From: Phoronis australis
Taxonomy: Eukaryota; Animalia; Phoronida
DNA length: 63,748 bases
Assembly (NCBI GenBank): GCA_002633005.1
Contig: NMRA01000428.1
Coordinates: 21,335-85,082, forward strand
Direction: 5' to 3'
Positions 10,401-22,400 of this stretch are shown here, piece after piece. Made by a program: the position numbers and the translations under genes. How positions within the stretch are numbered: the first letter of the stretch is position 1; each line of letters starts with the position of its first letter. The notes under the pieces are model-generated. The model was given only the letters and a program-made list of their open reading frames with translations, had not been told where the DNA came from and did no database searches.

Positions 10401-13400
10401 ACTACACTCTACGGTTTGTTGTGGATCTGTTCAAAAAAAAGAAACTGGTGGACAGAGTGGATGCCTTGACCATTGTAATCAAGAAATTGCAAGCTTGTGC
10501 AGGTGGGCAAATAAATGACAATTGTATGAATCTTGTGGTGGCCAGATTAGCTAGAAGTCTGATCTTCAGCTTTTTTACTTTTTGTAGCTAGTAATGCAAC
10601 TGCACTTTGTCATTTGCAAATGGGAAGCAGTTATCAGTGGTGTTTATTTAAAATTGTTATAAGATCTTTGAGAATTGTCCCTCATTCATCCCCTGACTCC
10701 TGTCCACTACTAAGACCTGACTGTAAAGAGTGCATGCCTTGGCAGGTTAATACTCTAGTGTCTGCAGATTTGTCTTCCAGTTGAAATTTTAGGCTTAAGC
10801 ACTTTCAAATGTTGACAGTTATTTCAAAAATTAAACTTTTTCAGTTTTGTTATTCTACATTTAAAAACAAATGTTAAGCTTCTTCATACAAAGTGTTTGG
10901 TATGATTACATTAACTCATTATGGGAAAAAAGTGGAATTGAATAATTGTTGAATTTTGAGAAATAAACTCCTTAAGAGATGACTACTTTGTCATCAGCAT
11001 GGTGTGTACAGTGCAGATGTCAGCAACGAGGATTTAAAATTTTGAGTATTAAAGGCAATCAGTAGCTATTACAGTAAACATATTTCAGTTTGGAACACAA
11101 TGTGGGGGACAATTGGAATTTAATTTAATTTTGTCAAAGTTCTCAACAAAGCAAAACTTTTGTCATCAGCATGGTGTGTGCAGTGCAAATGTCAGCAACG
11201 AGGATTTAGTAAAATTTTGAATATTTACAGCATTTTAGTAAGTCTTTGAAAAATAGAAAATGATTATTTTAGCAATTATTTTAACCAAACTTGAAGATGA
11301 ATTTTTCCATATTTGTCATTCTTCCTTCAGACAAGTTCTCAGTGACGAATCCTCAGACGTGGTCACCCAGCACCATAAATAGAAAGCTGCGTAAATATGG
11401 CAAGGATGGTTATGGCTACAGGGGGGCGCTGATAAACAAGCTCTTCCAGGCGATTTACGGAAGTGAGTCCCAATATAACTCGTGAAAATTTATTAGGTGA
11501 TGTAATATATAGGTGAGAATTTCACATCTTATATCAAGAATGCAATTGCGTCTCCCCACAGGCTTGTCATGAGCTTGGGTGGTACAGCTGAGTTTAAGTT
11601 CAAGGACACTATATCTGCTTGTTCATGTGAACTCATACCCAAGTTTTCTCCTGAGGACCAAACAGTACACTTTCTGTCTAGATCATGTTGTTATACCTAC
11701 TTCAATTACACAAAGTAAGCATCTGGGATGTCAAGATTCAAAACAAAGCAGTTTGCTGTCTAGCAGAACCCATTGTACTAACTCCTTGACTTTCACTCTT
11801 CTCATTAATGTTACTCCTCTCATAGTTGAAGAATTTTTTCATTCGAAATTGCTGAGATGTATTTCGTTTAGACAAAAACAAAAAAATTAGTCACATCTGT
11901 GAAAGAGTGAATTTAAAATTTAACAGTGGACAGCCACAACCAAATTGGACATCTGAGACGCATATTACCTGTCTTCCGGGATCGAGCCAAAATCTGAAGT
12001 GCTGATGCCAGCCAAGGCTGATGGTTCCTGGCTGTAGTGAGCAAAACTCAGTTCATTCGTCTCAGGAGAAAATTTGGCTCTAGTTTGTTGCAGACCAATA
12101 GCTTTAATGTATATCTTGAAAACAATATGAAGTTGATAGTTAATTGTAATCTTTAATAATTAGGACAGTCACGCTTACTAATGGATTATCATTATTAGAG
12201 TGTCCCCATTTCTTGGGTGGAATCATGACTGGTTTCAACGTTTACTGTGAGCCTCACTTTGACTGCATGGGTCTAACGTGTGCCGTGCCGGTCAAGTACA
12301 TGTGTCTCCAACAATGGGTGAGATTGGACACCCGTGTTGACCTCTGTGGGCCAAAGATGGTCTTCAAAGTAGGGGCCGGAGCTAAACAGAAAACCATGGA
12401 AATGACATTGGCTGGTGAGTGTTGTTTCAGTTTGGAAATAACAAAGCATTGTGAAATGAAATTAAGAAACAAAGCTTTAAAGAATATGCCATCAATTAGT
12501 ATCCACATTAAAATTTTCTTTCGATTCTGTTACATTTTTGCAGAGAAAATCAAGGAGATTGACGTGGATGTGAGCACTACGATGGATGCTATGGTCGCCA
12601 AGTTCCAGTTTAACGTGACAGCCAACAGTAGTCACATTTATCTGATTGGCAAGACACAGCTTTGCTCTTCCTTCATGACCACGTGTATCCCCGACACGTT
12701 CATCTTCAAGAACATTACATTCAAGATCCCGCCGTTTGCTGGCTTGAAGTGTAACATCAACAGCGGTACGTGATTGATCTACTTCTATGAACCTGCTTCG
12801 TTGTAAAAACCAAATATTTGATTTAGACGGGACTTTCAGTTGATCTCCACGGGCGGATCCAGTTTGCCGCTACCCTCAACTCGGCCGCACACATTGCCGC
12901 AACCTTGCTGCAAACACTGGAGTTTACAGGAAAGTTGCACCAAACTTGGTGATTTAAAAAGTGTTTGCGGAAAGGCTGCCGCAAACTTAATCGGTGAAAA
13001 TGTGTTTGCAGGAAAGTTGCAGGAAACTTTATTGGAGAAAAGGTGTTTGAAATTGATAATCTTCCAAGAGTGTTCATGCAAAGTTTTACACGTTTTCGAT
13101 GTGCAAACCACAGACTGGTAGTAGAAACTGGTCATCATGTAAATGTGATATATCAAGACATTGTGTGTACATTATGCTCGAGGAATTGTGTTAAGGATGA
13201 ATATCACTTTTTGTTATTATACTCCTGTCATCTGTCATTTTGTTGACTTTCTCATTCCAGGTGGTGAGTCAGACAATGCTCTCAACGCCCGTGGTATGCA
13301 AGCTCTGCCATTGGTCGACTTAACAACGGAACTTATATTGTGTGGAGAGAAAAGCAGCGAGATTATGAAACTGATGAACGAGATCAGAGACGCCATAGCT

Positions 13401-16400
13401 TCCAATGTAAGACATCATCAAGATCTTGTTTGCATTTATTTTATACGCTGTCATCTGACAGTCCTTGTTGGAGACAATGTGATTGGATTTATTGTTCAAT
13501 TCCATAATATGCGTCTTTGATATGGGTCCCTCCATGCTTCTATTTTCGGGTTGAATATCAGCCCTATTCTTTGATGTAAATATTTTGGAATCATGCAAAT
13601 TTCCCTGATATCAGGCTCAGAACTTCCCCTCCAATCATTAAGAAATTCCCGCAAGCTTAGAAGCACTTCTGGGAAACGTTAGTTTTGCGAACCTGAGATA
13701 TTCCCGATAAGGGGTGTCGACTGGGTAGGCACAGACTCCTTCCCTTTAGGTGTGAGTGAGGGCCCTTTGATGTGAATTTTAAGTTATAATAGAGAAAAAG
13801 TTTTACCTTCACCAAATGCCGCAACTTGTGTTAATGTCTTGTTGTTTCTCTCCAGATGAACGTGGTTGAATACCTCGTAACTGCCGTGTTTGGAACTGCA
13901 GGAGAATTTCCTGGTGGCTCGGAGTTTTGTCTGTCTGGTCAGGTTCCTGTGNTTGCTGCAAACACTGGAGTTTACAGGAAAGTTGCACCAAACTTGGTGA
14001 TTTAAAAAGAGTTTGCGGAAAGGCTGCCGCAAACTTAATCGGCGAAAATGTGTTTGCAGGAAAGTTGCAGGAAACTTTATTGGAGAAAAGGTGTTTGAAA
14101 GAAAGTTGCAGGAAAGTTGCAGGAAACTTTATTGCTGAAAAAGTATTTGCCGGAAAGTTGCAAGATGAAAAAGTGTTCGCAGGAAACTTATAGATGAAAG
14201 AGTTTTTGCACGAAAAATACAGGAAACTTTAGATAATTTTTTTTTGCGGAAACACTACAACAAACTTAGATGAAAAAGTGTTTGCACGAAAGTTGAAGTA
14301 AACTTCAGTGTTTAAAGAGTTTTAGCATTAAGAGTGTGACAATGCTAGAAATTGTCACTGGCATTGTTTTTTATTTTCTAAATTTGAAAGAAACCTCAAA
14401 TCCCAAACCCTAAGCAGGTCAGTTAGGTAACTTAATAATTACATAAATGTGACCTACGGCTTACCAACTGTTGGGTAAGTTTCCTTATTTGAAACAGCAA
14501 AAGCCCAGTTACCTAAATGTGACCCAAAACACTTATAATTACACCTGCGAGTACTTAAACAAGGCTGAGCTGAAAGACTTTGTTTTTATTCAGTTACCAT
14601 ACTTATCAAATTATAACCTAATGGACTTAACAAATTTTCAACTTTCATCCTGCTTTCAAAGTCAAATACGGCATAATATTAAATATATTTGCTTTAAAAC
14701 AAAGCTATTACCTGCATATTGTTTAAACAAACATGATAAATATCAATACAAACCTTACACAAATATATGATTCAATTTTACCAAGTGTGCAAGTATTAGC
14801 ATTTAGAACAATTTCTACTTTCCCAACACTTGATACTATCCCATTCACAGGTGGCAGCAGCTACAGTCAGTTTTACTTGACGTCCTGGCGATACGTACGA
14901 GAGAAATGATCACTAAAAGTTGTATCTGAACATGAAAACTATTTAGAAATTGATAATCTTCCAAGAGTGTTCGTGCAAAGTTTTACATGTTTTTGATGTG
15001 CGAACCACAGACTGATAGTAAAAACTGGTTGTCACGTAAATGTGATACATCAAGACAGAGCGTGTACATTATGCTCGAGGAATTGTGTTGAGGGTGAATA
15101 TCCCTTTTTGTTAGTTTGTGACGCTTTTTCCGAGATCAGAGCTAAATTTCTAAGTAAGGGCCTCTGGACAAGTCTCTTTTTGTTGAAATTTCTAAGACTG
15201 TTATGTAATCCCGATATCTCAGTTGTGAATATGTACACTACGCATCTAAAAATGGAACAGCTTGTGTATTGCTGACTAATGTGCATAGCACTCCAATGAT
15301 CTTGTTTGTTTGTTTGTTGTACTTTGGGCCGATGGCCATGTGTACAAATAAATAAAAGAAAGGAAATGGTAGCGGCTACTGAAGCTATGGTAAAATTTGG
15401 CCAATTTGAGACAAAAATAATTGCCTAAAATTGCTCATTTTGATTTTTCAAGGGCCATTAGCTTTGTCATGAAGGCTCACAATTTTTCAAATCATTGTCT
15501 AGCAGCTCATATGATACAGGACTTGGATGTGGCTCGCGATTCTTCCACTACTGCATATTATTTATGAAAAAATAAGAAACTTAAATTTCAGTTGTGGACC
15601 GTATTGTGTCCTAAATTAGAGAGATTTTTATATGTACATTAATGTTTAATGCCTCTAAGGCTGTTGACTGTTTATTTTAATGATATATGCCATCCCAGCT
15701 ACATGTTGCACTGTGTGGGATATTTATCAAGGAAAGCCTCTTGAAATGTATATTTTAAACATGTGTTATCAGTTGGTTGTCAAGGTTACATGCCTGGAAA
15801 GTGACCCAAGCTATCATTTGAACCATTTCAAATGATTTGGTACAGCAATGCATAGACTCTACATGGATTAGTGAAGAACTGTATGATTGGTTGAGATCAG
15901 GCTCTACAAGTTGGTTTGTCATAGCGGATCATTTGGTGCAGTGTGTTCTCGACCAACAGCAACCTGTCATTTGATGTGGTGTGTTCTCAACCAATAGCAA
16001 CCTGTCACTTGTTGTGACATGTTTTTGACCAAAAGCAGCCTGTCAGGTGTTCCCAAACTCAGAATCCACCGAGGTGTCTCAAATCAATTAGTTCAGGACA
16101 GCTGGTCACCATGGTAATCAGTCTATTATGAAAAGTTTGTTGCTTACTGGATGACATTGGTCTTAAGCTGAATAAGTATAAGTAAACCTTATATGGGTTA
16201 AGGGCATTTTTGGGTTTTCAAGATACTTCTGAGAAAATCTGTGTTACGTCTGTGAGCTCTGGATCTGCTTATGAGCACCCTGCACCACCTGTGGAGCATA
16301 TGGTGCTTGCTATATCATCATCAACACTTAAATGTTAATTAGTCGACCTGCCATTGAGTTTGGCAAATGAGACGGAATTTCAGGCTCAAGCTAGTTTTCA

Positions 16401-19400
16401 TATTTTATACGTAGAAACGAATCATGAAATTTGATCTGCAAAGTTAACAAAAATGGCAGAAGCCACGTAAGCCACATGGACGGTGTCGCGTGCGACTGGT
16501 GTCGCGTGCGACTGGTGTTACATGGTATTACGTGCCACTGGTATTATGTGCAACTGGTATTACGTGTGACAATAATTGTAGAAAATTTAACCGGAGTCTG
16601 TTGTTTTTGAATTCAGACACGCGGCTTTGGAGATTTTTGTTCCCGGAAATTAAAGATCTTTTTCCTTTTGATCCATAGGGTACAAAAAATTAATTCGGTT
16701 TGATTAGAATTTCAGTGGCCTGGTTTGCCAAACTCTGGTCGAGCAACTTAAGGTACTTTGTAGTATCTGTCCGTATATAAAATGCCATTATTTTTTCGTA
16801 CTATACTCCTGTCATCTGTCATTTTGTTGACTTTCTCATTCCAGGTGGTGAGTCAGACAATGCTCTCAACGCCCGTGGTATGCAAGCTCTGCCATTGGTT
16901 GACTTAACAACAGAACTTATATTGTGTGGAGAGAAAAGCAGTGAGATTATGAAACTGATGAACGAGATCCGAGACGCCATAGCTTCCAATGTAAGACATC
17001 ATCAAGATCTTGTTTGCATTTATTATATACGCTGTCATCTGACAGTCTTTGTTGGAGACAATGTAATTGGATTTATTGTTCAATTCCATAATATGCGTTT
17101 TTGATATGGGTCCCTCCATGCTTTTATTTTCGGGTTGAATATCAGCCCTATTCTTTGATGTAAATATTTTGGAATCATGCAAATTTCCCTGATATCAGGC
17201 TCAGAACTTCCCCTCCAATCATTAAGAAACTCACGCCAACTTAGAAGCACTTCTGGGAAACGTTAGTTTTGCGAACTTGAGATATTCCCGATAAGGGGTG
17301 TCGACAGGGTTGGCACAGACTCCTTCCCTTTAGGTGTGAGTGAGGGCCCTTTGATGTGAATTTTAAGTTATAATAGAGAAAAAGTTTTACCTTCACCAAA
17401 TGCCGCAACTTCTGTTAATCTCTTGTCGTTTCTCTCCAGATGAACGTGGTTGAATACCTCGTAACTGCCGTGTTTGGAACAGCAGGAGAATTTCCTGGTG
17501 GCTCGGAGTTTTGTCTGTCTGGTCAGGTTCCTGTGCCGACCAAGGACATTACGTTTTTTGAATATCAGTGGAGATTCATGGCTGGCCCTGTTCCAATCAA
17601 AGTGGGTGAGTGTCAAGTGTATCACTCTGTTGTTTCAAGCCAATGTGAAGAAAAAGATGATAGTTGATGTCTCACTGAATGTTCTGAGCTGTTATTTGGC
17701 TATGTATTGAAATTGGTGAAATTTTTTGGTTGCATTGCAGCAACATTTGGAACGGTTCAATCTTAAATTGCTAATTTTGGACAAATATACTTCGCAAAGA
17801 TTCTCCTTTTTCCATTTTCAAGGGTTTCTAACATGTCTCAAAATATTACCAGTCCTATTGTTAGTGAACATTGAAAAGCAGTTTGTTGTAATTAATATAA
17901 TATACTATCCTTTACTTGTCACCGTATTGTGTGCTGTGAGATTTGATGATAACATCAGATATGTTAACTTTATAATTTAAAATTTACAATTTATAACACT
18001 TTTGACTAACATTTCGTTGAAGAATTTGGAGCCGGTGGTTCTTTGGGAGCCTTCATGGGCATTAAGCTTTGTATCATGAGTATGCGCGCAGAGGTCACGG
18101 CCATCCCGTGGTGCGGCGCCAAAGTCTGGGGCTCTGTCGCCATCTCATTAGGAATCATCGAAGCAGGAGCCAAACTGATTGGATACCTAATCGAGACACA
18201 ATTCCCCAGTATTGCCAACGTCGGCTTCCAACAGTTTCCTCTTGATCTTAGGTGAGTTAAAAAAGGTATTGTAAGCAGTCAAAATATCCATTTTTAAAGA
18301 ATATTTTTTGTGTGCTAAGTCACAAAGGGGAGTAAATGGTGGAGAATGGGTTGCCATGACAACCACTATTATCTAATTTTTTACTTAATAAGTAACAAAT
18401 TGATATGCAAATGAGTAATTTGTTCTTGTTAGGAACTTGTTGTAAAGAAGTTATGGATTACCTAGTGAGTTTCAAGGGTTGTCACGTTTGCCACTTTTAA
18501 ATTTTTTCCGTTGCTATTGACTGGCTTTGAATGCAAATTCTCAAAAATTGCCTTTTAAATTCACTGAAACTTTGCGATATCATTATTTATTGATGTCAAA
18601 ACCTTTACTGTATTCGCCGTAATAACCGCTCATGCCCCTATAAGCGCCCCCCCACGCGTTTTCAGACTATGCTGAAATAAGCGCCCAGTCCATGAACGTG
18701 TACATGCGAACAATGACGTACCTACAGCCCTAAAACTCGGCTACAGTAATGTCTTCAATTTATCAAAAAATTTTTTGCACGGGTCCTCTAGACCACCAGC
18801 GGCACTACTACGTTTGTATTTAGCCGTGACTTTACACTTCAAAGTAACGCAGCACTTCAAAAAGAACGCAACAGCGTTTCTACGCTCTCGTGACGACTGC
18901 GTCCCAATATGGTCTGACCTTTCAGTAGACACATCGACTGTCTCATGAATAAAAATAACTCGGTGTTAAACGCACGTGGCCAGGAAGCGCACGCTACATA
19001 CATGAACCTGTCATCAATGACATTAGTCGGGAACTATCCATTCATGAAACGTGTAGCATAGCATCGATAAGAAATGAATATTGGTACTAATTTCCGACAA
19101 TTTCTAATACTATAAAACATGTTTGCGTTATTTTTGATATGGATTGTTTGATTAACCATAACTCGTGTTTTTAAGCCGAATATCCGATAAAATGACAACT
19201 GACAGTGAATGCTTACACACCCTTACATCAAAAAATAGCTGTCAAGATAGTTACGTACGCATCCAGCTACACGGCGACTAATATGGGCCTTATAACGGAG
19301 ACAAATGTCGAAAGTTTTTAGCACGAGACCGGCAAGTGCTGAATGAAACGCGCTCTGGTTTAAGCCTACTGCTTGCGCAAATTTCTTTAGAAACATCTAG

Positions 19401-22400
19401 CTAGTTAGATTGCGTGGCTCTGGCCAAAAGACGGTCTCTGCTTTGGCAAATGAACTCTGGTGACACGCACGTGCTCGCTTACTCGCAGACGAACTTCAAA
19501 ACAAACGTCACGTGACAACAACATGTGTGTTCGTCCAGACATTTTTCTCACCGTGTTGCCGATCATACATGTAGATGGCATGATGTTGCACAGATTTGTA
19601 CTTAAACCTGCCGTTAATCCAGACTCCACAGGAACTTAAAAAATCTTGGAGACGCTACTTATAAAACTTAATGAGGATTTCAGGTAATTTGCTTAAGTCG
19701 AAAAAATTTTTATTCAAGCATTGATGTCGCCATATCGAAGACGGCGATTTCGAGGCAGTCAGTCGGCGAGTTTTCGCCCTGGGATTTCAGCACAATTTTC
19801 TGTAACATGATCGTAATTTAGCAGCAACGGTTGATAGCAATGCACCACAGTTTTGTTGAAAGTCTTTCATAGATTACATATACGTCACAGAGCGTAAATT
19901 TGATGAATCTTAGCTTCCGATTTCACCCGTTTCGGAGACCGGGTTTCAACCGCCTTGGGTTATAATAAGCGCCCCCCCTGAACCGAACTTTTCTAAGCGC
20001 CCCCCCTGAACCGAACTTTTCTAAGCGCCCTGGGCGGTTATTACGGCGAATACGGTAGTTATTATTTGTATTTCTCAACTTGATGTTTATATAATTTTTC
20101 TGTTTGCTAAAGACATCTAAGGTTACAAATATTGTTTTCCACAGACATGCTATTTTTATAAGTTAATTTAGCTCTAAACTCAAACGAAGCAAACTTACTA
20201 GTAATAAAAATCCTACCACCATTTTGGAGACCAAAGAGGAAATTTTCTAATGGAAATAGTCTATGGGTCAATTTATTTTGAATTTACCTTAATTTAAAAA
20301 TTAAAATTTGACTTATTAAAATGTGTTGACTTTAAAATAGAAATTAGCAGATTTGTAACAAACATATTTTCAGAATCCCTGATAACTCCACTTTCAGAAA
20401 GTACATGTTTTTACTTCTTGTTTCTAATTGATGTGTCCTAGTTTTTGATAAATTGACTTATATTGGTTGTCCCTGAATAATGTTTGACATAACCTTATAA
20501 TAAGTGAATATTGATGTGTCCTGTGTATGAACGTTATGAGGTCAGGCTTAGGCCATGGCGTTGAGTTCAAGTGTTGGTAAGATGCCAACTGTACTGATTC
20601 TACAAGTAGAGAATTGCTAAAACAATGCATGACCTTTATGGATGAAATACTTGGGGAAAGATTCATTGCACAAATTTGATACAGGTGTATAATATGTAGT
20701 GTTTAGTTGAGCTTTCTCTTATTGTCCAGCGGAGGCATGGATTTGATATTGACGCCGTTGCGACTCGAACTGATGGCTTTTGTGGAGGTCCACCTATTTG
20801 TTACCACGGAAACCATCTGGGAGGGTTATATCTGGAAATACAGCATGAAGCCCATCAAGATGAACATGTTCACAATAGAAAAAGCTGAGGAGGACAAGTC
20901 GGCACCCCAGTTCCAGGGTGCTTCTAGTGCCACCAAAACAAGACGTTCTGGTCAGCCTTGCAAGGTACAGTGTACTTTTGTTGACAATTGCGTCACAGTC
21001 TAACAGTTACTTAGACTGTGCAAATGTTTGATTGAGTCATCATGCCAAGAATTGTACAATGACACTTGGCTTACCTCAAAATCCAGCTGCTCCCTGATGG
21101 TTTGGTACTTGGCCCAATTATGTTGCTCACCCAGCAGAATTAATGACGAACATATTATGGTAACATTAAACAAATGTTTTACATTGTAAAAATCACATTT
21201 TTTTCCAGTTTTCAAAATTCAAAAACCCAATCACGTGTGCTTTTCATGAAGTATTCAAATAATTAGAAACTTTCAAAATGAAAATTTTAAAATTCTATTG
21301 TCACCCCCATGTATTTATCATGGTTTCATTATCTAGAGGACAATAACATTCAGCAACCTGAGGTGATTTTATTAACTTCAAAAGCATGGTGTCTTTCATC
21401 AAAACGGGCAGATTCTGTGGTGCGCAAACCATTTAGTTGCCAGTTCCAACTGGTTAGGAAGTCAACATAGGATTCTTTTCATTATGGTCATAACTTTCCT
21501 TTGACTGCACTTAGGACACAACAAATTCTGAAAAAAACTTGGATTTGATGATGTCCTAACTGCATGGGGTAGCTACAAAAGTACGGTGTAAATTGGTTCG
21601 TAAACAGAGTTATGAATCATTATTAATAGGCCAAGCTGTTAATTAGCAAAGGCACACTTTGTGATGAACTTTTCAAATTTAGAAAAGTGGGTTTTGTTAC
21701 CACCAACGTTATTCTGAGTGTATTTGGCTGCGCATACGCATTATAGAAGGGAGTTGCACAACAAAGAATATTTTTGTATTTCTATGTGGCTACGATTTTC
21801 AACTAGCGTTATTTTAACAACATGCAAGCATTATTTTAACAACATGCATCCCGGCTTCTTGAAATGTGGATGAATTAACTACTCACAATTCTGACGATCA
21901 AACAGTCTGTCTACTTAATTTACGTGCATAGTAAATAGTTAACTTTCAGTCATATCAGCAAATCAGAAGTGACTTAGTGATTCTAAGCTCACTATGTATT
22001 TCATAATGTTAGCATGATGGTAAATAACGACTAACATCGAGTAGTCACATGGAGGCACTGTATTTAGCTGTCTACTGAAGTTAGGTGATTTAAGAGTGTG
22101 TTAACTTTTCATAAAGTACAAGACAAAATTAATGTAAGTGAACAAAATATCGTTTCACTGCCACGACTACTAAATCTGTTAAGAGCAAAGTGATCATTAA
22201 TAACTATTAGAGTGGCAAAATTATAACTATACGGAGTGGCTTGTCCACCTAACTAAGACTACCCCAAGGATGAATTCGGCTGCCACCCAGCGGGGAATTT
22301 CTTGTCATTTTGTCTGAATACTTCTGACTTGTGTTGTATTTACTTGAAACCAACCATCTACTGTCCTCTCATATAGGTTGCCCAACTTACGGATCTAGAC

